Below are positions 58,501-64,000 of a DNA stretch of 64,000 nucleotides, piece after piece. The DNA comes from Antedon mediterranea. Its lineage: Eukaryota > Animalia > Echinodermata. The stretch's first letter is position 1. Every line of letters starts with the position of its first letter. The stretch is from positions 22,829,237 to 22,893,236 of the forward strand of contig NC_092672.1 in the NCBI RefSeq assembly GCF_964355755.1, in the 5' to 3' direction. Below the pieces are notes generated by a model, which saw nothing but the letters and a program-made list of their open reading frames with translations, made no database searches and had not been told where the DNA came from. The translations under genes and the position numbers were made by a program.

Positions 58501-60169
58501 GATTTATTGTTTTTTTAACCAAATTTTGTTTCTTCTTCTTGGACGCACCATTTGACATAAGTTCACAAAAACTCCTTTCTCTTTACTCACTAGTCAGTAT
58601 TTGTTAAACATATTTTATAGCATGCTATATTAAAAATCTAGTTAGTAATTCATTTTCATAAAATTCTAATAGCCACTATTTTTTCAAACTTATTACTTAA
58701 TCACTGGCAGATATGAATATAGTATGTACATACTACAGTCAGAGATGTATTAGTTTAACTTAAGACTGTTTTTACTTTTTTTAATAACCCCTTGTGGTAG
58801 TGTCTTGATTTATGACAAATATATAATGTTCCTTTCATAGGGCCATCAAATGTAGATCCATCAAATGTAGATCCATCGAATGTAGATCCATTGATTGTAG
58901 ATCCACCGAATGTAGATCCACCGAATGTAGATCCACCGAATGTAGATCCACCGAATGTAGATCCATCGAATGTAGATCCACCGAATGTAGATCCACCGAA
59001 TTTAGATCCACCGAATGTAGATTCACCGAATCTAGATCCACCGAATGTAGATCCACCGGTTGCTGCCCTGGTTACAAGGCCATTTATATCAGGTTAGTTG
59101 ATTGCAAATTTTGCTTAGTTCTAAGCAATCTGTATAGGATTGCAATAAAGAGGACAATGACAGAAAATGAAGAAAACAATCTTACATATTTTTTTATGTA
59201 AGGTTACCGTTTAATTATCGGATTTTTTAACGTTGAATGAAATATACAGAAAATTCCACAAAAGTTTTTCGACACCACATGATCAAGAAATTTGCTTATA
59301 CTGGACAGATATTTCATAGGTGCAAATACAGCACTGAGAATCAGAAGAATTAATTGTGTGTGTTTTGTGTTCATGGCTTGTATAATAGGTTGTGCCAGAG
59401 TAAGCATCAATTTAAACTCTGGGCAAACAAACAAAAGCCAGCATTTGCTATTAAAGGTTTTCTCATTAATTACCTACCAGTACCCTAATTTCATAAATGT
59501 TGTATTATATAAGATAATAACTTGATTTTTTTTTTTACTGGTTATCTAGTTAAATCACTGATTTATTTTCAATTTTGTGCATGGTGTGATGATTGTCTAC
59601 CATGTGTCTTCTATGCATCATTTATGATGTGGATTTTAAACTTGAACAATCAATTTACATTTTGTTTGGCCAATTACAATAGTATGGTCACGAAGATTAT
59701 AAGTTGACTGGGAAGAATGTTATAATGATTTAAAAGATTTTCTGTTTTGTTCACCTTTAAACTTTTTATGTTTTTGATTAAACTACTGTTTGGAACTACA
59801 TCAAGAAACCTGAAGGATAGATATATTATGTGAAGTTAAATGTAATATAAAATTGGTAATACATAAGGATAACAACTAAGGAGGTTCTGTATTTATCACT
59901 TTCAACTACCATGTCTGTGTTTTGGGGATATTAATTATTCCCTATGCAGCAATATAAATTGTGATCTGATTTCTGGAAAGTTATGGTGTTTTAAGAATTT
60001 ATATTTATACATACAGACATATTCAAACAATGATTATCAACAACTATGATAATTATGCTATTTATCCTAAATTTATATCATAATTTTGGAAACTTCTCTT
60101 CAACGATTTAGATTTAGATTGTCAGAGGACAATTTCAAACAGTTGATTGCAGACTTTGCAATGGTTTGA
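1406..60169 (+). CDS. Multi-exon gene (5'-partial): ankyrin repeats - Roc GTPase - COR - Pro-rich linker - decayed death-fold tail; Roco-family protein
   Basis: 19 exons with AG/GT boundaries and compatible phases give a continuous ORF of about 930 aa. Roc G1-G4 motifs and COR-like motifs are in the expected order. The last exon is uncertain. Confidence 0.9.
4540..5850 (-). mobile_element. Decayed DIRS-like (tyrosine recombinase) retrotransposon
   Basis: Minus strand fragments: VFLDDGW and WLG (RT); FTDASG...TWRELKGVLLALQAF...TDN...ADLLSR (RNase H); ILEGAKRR (start of YR region). Many frameshifts. Confidence 0.8.
5860..6680 (-). mobile_element. Decayed CR1/L2-group LINE RT fragment
   Basis: Minus strand FLDLSKHFDVVNHDI near 6500-6540 and YCNIVWAG near 6040-6065. 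Confidence 0.7.
10148..10246 (+). CDS. Ankyrin exon A2 (33 aa, phase 0-0)
   Basis: tttttag|...|gtactt; 99 nt; YGSTPLIKAAYKGFHEVCLVLLNKGADVNHQNE. Confidence 0.92.
10840..11100 (+). mobile_element. hAT transposase C-terminal dimerisation domain relic
   Basis: PATSASAER..FS...MEDRLNALLLMFVHQDI, with stops. Confidence 0.75.
14018..14488. mobile_element. MITE with 14-bp terminal inverted repeats
   Basis: ggaggtttcgcaac ... gttgcgaaacctcc; no exact TSD. Confidence 0.7.
16140..16630 (+). mobile_element. 5'-truncated LINE 3' end
   Basis: NLRH...SRTNSAHYNFFNSFPRLF resembles an ORF2 C-terminus, followed by a 3' UTR with gagagtcacttgatagtg and an A-rich tail. Confidence 0.65.
17089..17147. repeat. 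19-bp tandem repeat, 3 copies
   Basis: ataaccatctggtatgcaa x3. Confidence 0.9.
17384..17482 (+). CDS. Ankyrin exon A3 (33 aa, phase 0-0)
   Basis: tttcag|...|gtaagt; 99 nt; NKRTPLSYAAQFGHSSTCMCLIEAGADVNVADK. Confidence 0.92.
20164..20758. mobile_element. PIF/Harbinger-like MITE
   Basis: TIRs ggccctgtttct ... agaaacagggcc, with 3-bp TSD tat on both sides. Confidence 0.75.
22385..22535 (-). mobile_element. Partial inverted copy of the MITE at 41161-41497
   Basis: Reverse complement matches about 41275-41435 (aattcaacaaaaacccattggctggcagccaatttgaac). Confidence 0.7.
23231..23324 (+). mobile_element. Helentron-associated (HINE/DINE-1-like) element fragment
   Basis: gactct...(gtcg)n microsatellite ... 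gtgact..gccatgtatacggccttgtt end. Confidence 0.5.
23439..23878 (-). mobile_element. Chimeric SINE: 5S rRNA head + tRNA-like segment + Deu/Nin domain
   Basis: Minus strand starts tacggccatactgcgttgaaacaccggttctcgtcagatcaccgaagttaagcaacg (5S), then B-box gggttcgagg, then gtccttcggatgggacgtaaagccg...ttcgaaaagagtaggg (Deu-domain-like), then a short taa tail. Confidence 0.8.
23764..23877 (-). pseudogene. 5S rRNA-derived sequence (SINE head), not a canonical 5S gene
   Basis: Near full-length match to metazoan 5S rRNA with substitutions in the 3' half; no oligo-T terminator, continues into the SINE body. Confidence 0.85.
25391..25700. mobile_element. MITE with about 23-bp terminal inverted repeats
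   Basis: tataacacaagaatctcctgttc ... gaacaggagattcttttgttata. Confidence 0.7.
26472..27727 (+). repeat. Intronic direct duplication of about 7465-8763
   Basis: Colinear near-identical 1.3 kb block starting tagaatggtcatatcagt; the ORF track shows twin spurious ORFs at 8571 and 27515. Confidence 0.92.
29627..29737 (+). CDS. Ankyrin exon A4 (37 aa, phase 0-0)
   Basis: ttccag|...|gtaata; 111 nt; DGDSPLHAHLAYRYKDPTLEMVTCLINKGASVTSQNK. Confidence 0.88.
31314..31417 (+). pseudogene. Frameshifted ankyrin pseudo-exon (or a 78-nt exon if the cryptic donor at 31392 is used)
   Basis: cacag|NENTPLHEYLIRTPNPTSEIVNCLI, then frameshift, then GTVLTLPTK|gtaata. 104 nt to the ancestral-type donor, which is not a multiple of 3. 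Confidence 0.75.
31636..32847 (-). mobile_element. Non-autonomous Helitron copy 1
   Basis: Minus strand 5' TC(tatatataa), 3' acgcgagcgaagcgagcgt hairpin followed by CTAG; A^T insertion without TSD inside a short tandem repeat. Confidence 0.8.
33046..33087 (+). pseudogene. Internally deleted ankyrin pseudo-exon relic
   Basis: Upstream intron matches that of A4/A5 (tttaatcaatatttttaaacctatgattatgatttctttcca), acceptor mutated CAG to CAT, 3' end gcatcgcaaaataag|gtaagg matches the A4 end; middle missing. Confidence 0.6.
35697..36732 (+). repeat. Rearranged third copy of intron blocks from 6720-7230, 7570-7670 and 8500-8625
   Basis: Shared runs such as atgctcacaaaactgaattcagaa, ttgacaaccattctgatgtttgttcatgg and gcattatggctactcatacatgctgattgc. 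Confidence 0.85.
36732..39520 (+). repeat. Direct duplication of about 28671-31200, carrying ankyrin exon A4/A5
   Basis: About 2.6-2.8 kb colinear high-identity block including the exon and both intron flanks. Confidence 0.95.
37902..38012 (+). CDS. Ankyrin exon A5 (37 aa, phase 0-0), recent duplicate of A4
   Basis: ttccag|...|gtaata; DGNTPLHAHLARRYKDPTLEMVTCLINKGASVTSQNK; 7 nt differences from A4. Confidence 0.88.
39880..40030. repeat. Degenerate ~19-bp tandem repeat (gaccacctctcttaa-like), probably subterminal repeats of a DNA transposon
   Basis: Recurring accacctctctt/ctcttgtaa motif. Confidence 0.55.
40146..40556. repeat. 82-bp minisatellite, 5 copies
   Basis: aagctcactc recurs at 40147, 40229, 40311, 40393 and 40475. 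Confidence 0.95.
40765..40849 (+). CDS. Ankyrin C-capping exon (phase 0-1)
   Basis: ttttag|EGKTPESIVETNMYITKKGKNVILNYFD|gtaagt; links the phase-0 ankyrin exons to the phase-1 Roc exon. Confidence 0.85.
41161..41497. mobile_element. TTAA-flanked MITE (Kolobok/piggyBac-like)
   Basis: ttaa-agatgtgtcccc ... ggggacaatacatct-ttaa. Confidence 0.7.
41712..41877 (+). CDS. Roc exon with P-loop (G1)
   Basis: LLVPAEIRARGKQAIKIYKEELKTGSMSVVNSRCMFLGKEGAGKTSCVKAMVGE; phase 1-2. Confidence 0.95.
42330..42430 (+). CDS. Roc exon with switch I (G2)
   Basis: FNSAEQSTDGIVTTTVFQAKKDCSQWKKIKDVN; STxGI motif; phase 2-1. Confidence 0.92.
42786..42854 (+). CDS. Roc insertion exon (69 nt, phase 1-1)
   Basis: tatag|GIDLSEQIRSHALGEKVDKRLQE|gtaggt. 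Confidence 0.8.
42966..43096 (+). CDS. Roc exon with switch II (G3)
   Basis: GNVGTWAKFKNGMYKMVRRKEKVSDITSVWDYAGQLDYYITHR; WDxAGQxxYYxTH is typical of Roc; phase 1-0. Confidence 0.95.
44130..44395 (+). mobile_element. CR1-like LINE 3' fragment
   Basis: LNLRRNSFSFRVVLLWNGLSDYVVSASSLNLFKNRL is a typical CR1 ORF2 C-terminus. Confidence 0.8.
44941..49682. repeat. 89-bp satellite array, about 50 copies (86-bp variants lack cat), interrupted by a SINE
   Basis: ggaaccacag recurs at 44991, 45080, 45169, 45258 and onwards; no spacers. Confidence 0.98.
48261..48581 (+). mobile_element. tRNA-derived SINE inserted in the satellite
   Basis: A-box tggcttggtgg, B-box ggttcaagtcc, (taaaa)n tail, atag duplicated at both ends. 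Confidence 0.85.
50004..50093 (+). CDS. Roc exon
   Basis: ttccag|FFLTNTVSYCVAFNVMDNLDEPAKPRYSKI|gtaggt; completes THR-FFLT. Confidence 0.92.
50206..50397 (+). CDS. Roc exon with G4
   Basis: GQLGMTNLDMNFFWIRSIYEH...PPICLVATHVDKL...EEE; 192 nt; phase 0-0. Confidence 0.95.
51313..51555 (+). CDS. Roc end (G5 region) and COR start
   Basis: ...YMVDNT...EVPVKWVNLQESL...CITFEE; 243 nt; phase 0-0. Confidence 0.93.
51655..51878. mobile_element. Small fold-back/MITE
   Basis: gcgta(t)n-caggacgaatgtgggca ... tgcccacgttcgtcctg-(a)n-ttacgc inverted repeats. Confidence 0.7.
51974..52168 (+). CDS. COR-A exon
   Basis: VSRLGTKCEISKESLVTAIEYMNDIGIILH...LKNTVITDLQMMIQMVTKVITV; resembles the COR L.flhdlG.il...v.ldpqwl pattern; 195 nt. 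Confidence 0.92.
52333..52494 (+). CDS. COR exon
   Basis: KQIRVLWKRLDEEGILEERLLRYLW...VMKTFGLLFEKSE; 162 nt. Confidence 0.92.
52575..53245 (-). mobile_element. 5'-truncated LINE (CR1/Jockey group), antisense in intron
   Basis: ALIIMYKSLVPSNLEFCSVIF...LQRVQNKF...LKDRRNIFDLIFLYK; A-rich tail near 52575-52605. Confidence 0.85.
53260..53547 (+). CDS. COR exon (A/B junction)
   Basis: ctgcag|VTEGNQVFLVPSRM...FLPNAVYNTLIV...HALK|gtttgg; 288 nt. Confidence 0.9.
53761..53847 (+). CDS. COR-B exon
   Basis: catcag|LEICHLIEVDNNATEVGPKKEPQLSFCIE|gtaaga; 87 nt. Confidence 0.85.
54092..54302 (+). CDS. COR C-terminal exon with Cys/His cluster (phase 0-1)
   Basis: VLKYLKHQLE...YNLCVLCTACYPAEKPHLHDLKRC...VKC...HLFLE|gttagt. 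Confidence 0.9.
54332..54622 (-). mobile_element. Repeat with an internal tRNA-like segment (about 54443-54515), flanked by (TA)n
   Basis: Minus strand gcctcagtggtctaatggttagagc...gagttcgagtttcggttggggc; (ta)n on both sides. Confidence 0.6.
54770..55305 (-). mobile_element. 5'-truncated LINE fragment
   Basis: SIEKVQKRALRIMLG...GLPTLVERR...CKTSRLRSSPVP is an ORF2 C-terminus. Confidence 0.85.
56212..58310 (-). mobile_element. 5'-truncated LINE with a Helitron inserted in its 3' UTR
   Basis: Minus strand YEERLLRLKLPSIDQRL...FARTNCLKFSLFNQFPRIWQNIP at 57960-58290; 3' tail at 56212-56340. Confidence 0.75.
56501..57911 (-). mobile_element. Non-autonomous Helitron copy 2
   Basis: Same termini (TC...CTAG, A^T target) and long identity to 31636-32847, with a different middle segment. 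Confidence 0.8.
58841..59092 (+). CDS. Pro-rich minisatellite exon, (NVDPP)x14, phase 1-1
   Basis: cctttcatag|...|gttagt; 252 nt, open in the frame required by the upstream phase-1 donor; 14 copies of a 15-nt unit at 58849-59058. Confidence 0.8.
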
Positions 60170-60275
60170 TGATCGTGGTCTTCTTAAAAGGCTACAAGTT
60201 CTATGCATAGAAATAGTAGATGATTGATATATAAACAATGAGCTGTAATAATACCAACAATAATAAAATTATTAA
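60119..60275 (+). pseudogene. Probable terminal exon carrying a decayed DED/death-fold-like domain
   Basis: LSEDNFKQLIADFA, frameshift, WFDDRGLLKRLQVLCIEIVDD, stop. With the acceptor at 60124-60125 the ORF ends EDNFKQLIADFAMV* at 60169. The domain call is by resemblance only. Confidence 0.55.
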
Positions 60276-60541
60276 GGAATACTTTACATACCTGTCCTAA
60301 TACAGCTTATGAGCTTTGATGAAACTATTGGGGAATACTTTACATACCTGTCATAATACAGCTTATGAGCTTTGATGAAACTATTGGGGAATACTTTACA
60401 TACCTGTCATAATACAGCTTATGAGCTTTGATGAAACTATTAGGGAATACTTTACATACCTGTCCTAATACAGCTTGTAAGCTTTGATAAAACTATTGGG
60501 GAATACTTTACATACATGTCCTAATACTGTACAGCTTATGA
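60276..60541. repeat. 56-bp minisatellite, about 4.7 copies
   Basis: ggaatactttacatac at 60276, 60332, 60388, 60444 and 60500. Confidence 0.95.
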
Positions 60542-60610
60542 ATTTTCTTTCTGATTAAAATGAATATCATGACAAAAAGTTTAACAAACACACTTTTTTT
60601 GCCGAACCAT

Positions 60611-61131
60611 ATCTCTATGTTTCTTTATCTACCCACTAGACTAGACTACTTATTGTACAATAGATAGCATCTGATGGATCATGTAGATATGGAAGGCAAC
60701 AAACAACTGACATACACCATTTTAAATCTCTATGTTTTTGTAGCCTCTTTATCTACCCACTAGACTAGACTCATTAATGTGCAATAGATAGCATGTGATG
60801 GATCATGTAGATATGGAAGGCAACAAACAACTGACATACACCATTTGAAATCTCTATGTTTTTGTAGCCTCTTTATCTACCCACTAGACTAGACTCATTG
60901 TACAATAGATAGCATGTGATGGATCATAATAATGGAAGGCAACAAACAACTGACATAGACCATTTTAAATGTCTATGTTTTTGTAGCCTCTTTATCTACC
61001 CACTAGACTAGACTCATTAATGTACAATAGATAGCATGTGGTGGATCAAGTAGATATGGAAGGCAACAAACAACTGACATACACCATTTTAAATCTCTAT
61101 GTTTTAGTAGCCTCTTTATCTTCTCGCACTA
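60611..61131. repeat. About 120-bp tandem repeat, about 4.3 copies
   Basis: Unit contains ctttatctacccactagactagact...ggaaggcaacaaacaactgacat. Confidence 0.92.
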
Positions 61132-61132
61132 G

Positions 61133-63150
61133 ATAATAATAATAATAATAATAATTTATTGGAAACTTCACTTTTACAACAGTGGCACACTTTTACCGTC
61201 TTCAACCCAATACGAGAGAGCTAGATTTTTCATAATTATTTTTGTATTGGAAGCCCAGTTGGCATCAAAGTTATCATTACCATTTCGATTATCAGAAAAA
61301 AATATCATGTGTACCACAATTATCAATGATATTTCAAACACACAATGGAATTTTAAATGATAGATCATTAAAGTTCTGTCAATTTAACTAGTGTTTTCAG
61401 TAATATCCTAGGCCAACGTTCATCTTCCATTCTATTTACATTTTGAATATATGAGATTTTTGTCCACCCAAGTTCCCCATAAAGAGTAGCACAAGGGGTA
61501 TTCCTAGAGGCCTTAAGGATAAACCTTGCCATTTGTAATTGTAGTCTTTCAATTCTTTCACAATAACTTTTGCTACCAACCCAAATAGTACTACCATAAT
61601 TTATTGATGGAAGTGCAATTGTTCGCCAGAGGATATCACCATAATATACTCTATTAAAATTGTTTAAATTACCAATTATGGCTTTTGTATAGCCTATGAG
61701 TCGGTTACATTTTTGTATAATATATTCTACATTGCTATGGTCATTTGCACCTCTTGATATCATTACACCTAGATATTTATACGTTTCACACTCAGTTATC
61801 GACTGGTCTCCTAATTTCCATAACTTTTGTTTATCTATTTTCTTACCTACAACAAGTACATTTGATTTAGTTGGGTTAAATTGCATTTTCCAATCAATGG
61901 CAAATTTTGCAGTTAGCTGTAACATGTGAGTCATTTGTTGCTCATTTTCAGCTAATAGCACAATATCATCTGCCCAGAAAAGGGCTCCTTGCCATACGTT
62001 ATTAATATGAACTCCTATATCATTTAATTTTAAAATTTTTGTGAGCTCATTGATAAATATACAAAACAGAATAGGAGATAGCACACATCCCTGTCTAACT
62101 CCTTGTTCAATTGAAAATTCATTAGTTACAGTATCCCCAAATTTTACTTTCCCTTTGACATTTTTGCATAATTTTATCAATAATTCTCCACAAACGCCCT
62201 CTTATTCCTATATTCCATATGGCTTTCAGGAGCCCATCTCTCCAAACGGAATCAAATGCCTTTCGGAAGTCCAGGAAAGCTAGATAGGTGTTTTTTCCTT
62301 CTTTTTTTCTTAAAGCAGTTATACTTTTGATTACAAAAATATGGTCCTCACACCTATGATCTTTCCTGAAACTACCCTGGACTTCCGTCAATTCATTATC
62401 ACTTTCCAAATAGTTTGATCCATTCATAACAATTACTCTATTAAATATTTTTGATACACAAGATGTAAGAGAGATTCCACGATAATTGTTCAAATCTCTC
62501 TTATCACCATGTTTAAAGATTGGAATAATTAAACTTAAATTCCAGTCTTCTGGTGGATGTTCAAAAAGGATGATTCTATTAAATAAATCTAACAGAGATT
62601 TTACCATAATATGACCACCATTTTTTTAAAGTTCATTAGTAATGTTATCTTTCCCTGGAGATTTACATTTTTTTTGCAAATACTTAATACATATTTTGTA
62701 CTTTCAATATCAATAGAAATATCACATAGAGGATCTGTAGCATCATCCTCATCTCTGAACAAGACTTGTTTCTAATGTTTTGTATACAGTTCTCAGTCAT
62801 GTATACATTATTATTGAATGTATTATTTTTAGAATTACTTAGTGATTCCCAATAGTTTCTTAATGTTTCGGCTTTTTCTTCAACACTAGTAACAACTTGT
62901 TCCGACCCTGGAACCTTAAAACAATCAGTATTTTGTTTGTTAAACTTTGACCCTCTAATTGTTTGCCAGAATTGCTTACAATTTTTACCTTCTTTGTTTG
63001 CAATAACAATTGATTTATCTACCCTCATTTCTAATATCTTAATATCAAATTCTTAGCAAACAACCGCTTTTATTGGTAATTCTGCCAAAGGAAGTCACAT
63101 GTTGCAGCATCTTTGTCTTTTCTTTTAACATAATTTCTATTTGCATCCTA
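61133..63150 (-). mobile_element. Frameshifted non-LTR retrotransposon (LINE) ORF2 with RT domain
   Basis: NYRGISLTSCVSKIF, AFLDFRKAFDSV, GVRQGCVLSPILF, LFWADD and YKYLGV; (tta)n 3' tail at 61133-61156. Confidence 0.93.
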
Positions 63151-64000
63151 TTCTTTAAAATCTCTTTCTAAATAGGTAGTATATTCACTAAAATCTTCAC
63201 CAAACTTAATATTCTTACTACACCTATTATCTTTGTTTTTCGAGTTACTTATATTTAATTTAAGTAGTAACATATATTATAATATTTTGTTGTTTTGTTA
63301 TACAATACATTTTCATTGTAGATTCTGTCAGATTTACAATTGTTTTTTTGTATTAATATAAGGATGAGATATAACACAGGATCACAGTTTTAACACTTAC
63401 CCAAATTAAACAAGCATTATAAATAATGTATTTCTAAAAATCATCATGTCTCAAGTTCAGCAAATTCTAAATGGAATTTAAACAAAAATCATGAAAGATG
63501 TCGTGGTGGCTAGGTGTGGTAGTTAGAGATCAGTCGGACACAATCATATGAAGGCAGCATTGATTTCCATCAGTATTTCATTTATTCATATTCACATTCA
63601 TATTCACTGGCATTTATCACATATAAACTACAATCGGATTCACATTCATATTCACTGGCATTTATCACATAAACTACAATCAGCCATCTCTTGGAAAAAA
63701 CCCCTATAAATACAACAGACAAACATACATAATAATAATCCACATTGCTAACCATTGTTACACTCATTATGTTATCTTTAGTACAATACATACACATAGC
63801 ATCAGTATTACATTATTATCAATTATATATAACAATTGATAACCACATCTATACCTGGATTAAACTATGTTAATTTTGGAGGTGCATACCCATCTTTACT
63901 CAGCCTCCATTCCATTCAGCCAAATCTATTAATAAACATGTAAAACCAGGTTCTTAACAGCATACTATTCACAACTACATATGACCACAACATTGGTCGC

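Noticed and set aside
58835-59056. Minus-strand (DLHSV)n ORF
   Set aside because: It is the antisense reading of the 15-nt repeat; splice sites and phase support the + strand NVDPP frame.
1406-60169. Naming the gene DAPK1, LRRK or MFHAS1
   Set aside because: No kinase or LRR is visible and the N-terminus is outside the window; orthology cannot be supported.
61133-63150. Active retrotransposon or retron-like system
   Set aside because: ORF2 is split by frameshifts and stops and no intact endonuclease is seen; it is an ordinary dead LINE.

Overview
AT-rich eukaryotic (animal) DNA, not prokaryotic. Most entries in the ORF track are noise. The whole window is one spliced + strand gene whose 5' end lies upstream. 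I assembled it by hand from 19 GT-AG exons (2791 nt, about 930 codons, reading frame conserved at every junction). It has five single-repeat, phase 0-0 ankyrin exons spread over 37 kb, a capping exon, a Roc GTPase domain (GKEGAGKTS, STDGI, WDYAGQ, ATHVDK), a COR domain, a coding 15-bp minisatellite exon ((NVDPP)x14) and a last exon that looks like a decayed death-fold (DED-like) domain. The ankyrin region shows exon birth and death: kb-scale intron+exon duplications, two near-identical exons that differ at predicted binding-surface residues, and several ankyrin pseudo-exons. This suggests a diversifying Ank-Roco receptor locus (inference). The introns contain a ~50-copy 89-bp satellite with a tRNA-SINE insertion, a 5S rRNA/tRNA/Deu-domain chimeric SINE flanked by a ~150-bp direct duplication, two non-autonomous Helitrons, MITEs, and LINE, DIRS and hAT relics. 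An invertebrate deuterostome (echinoderm-like) origin is an inference only.
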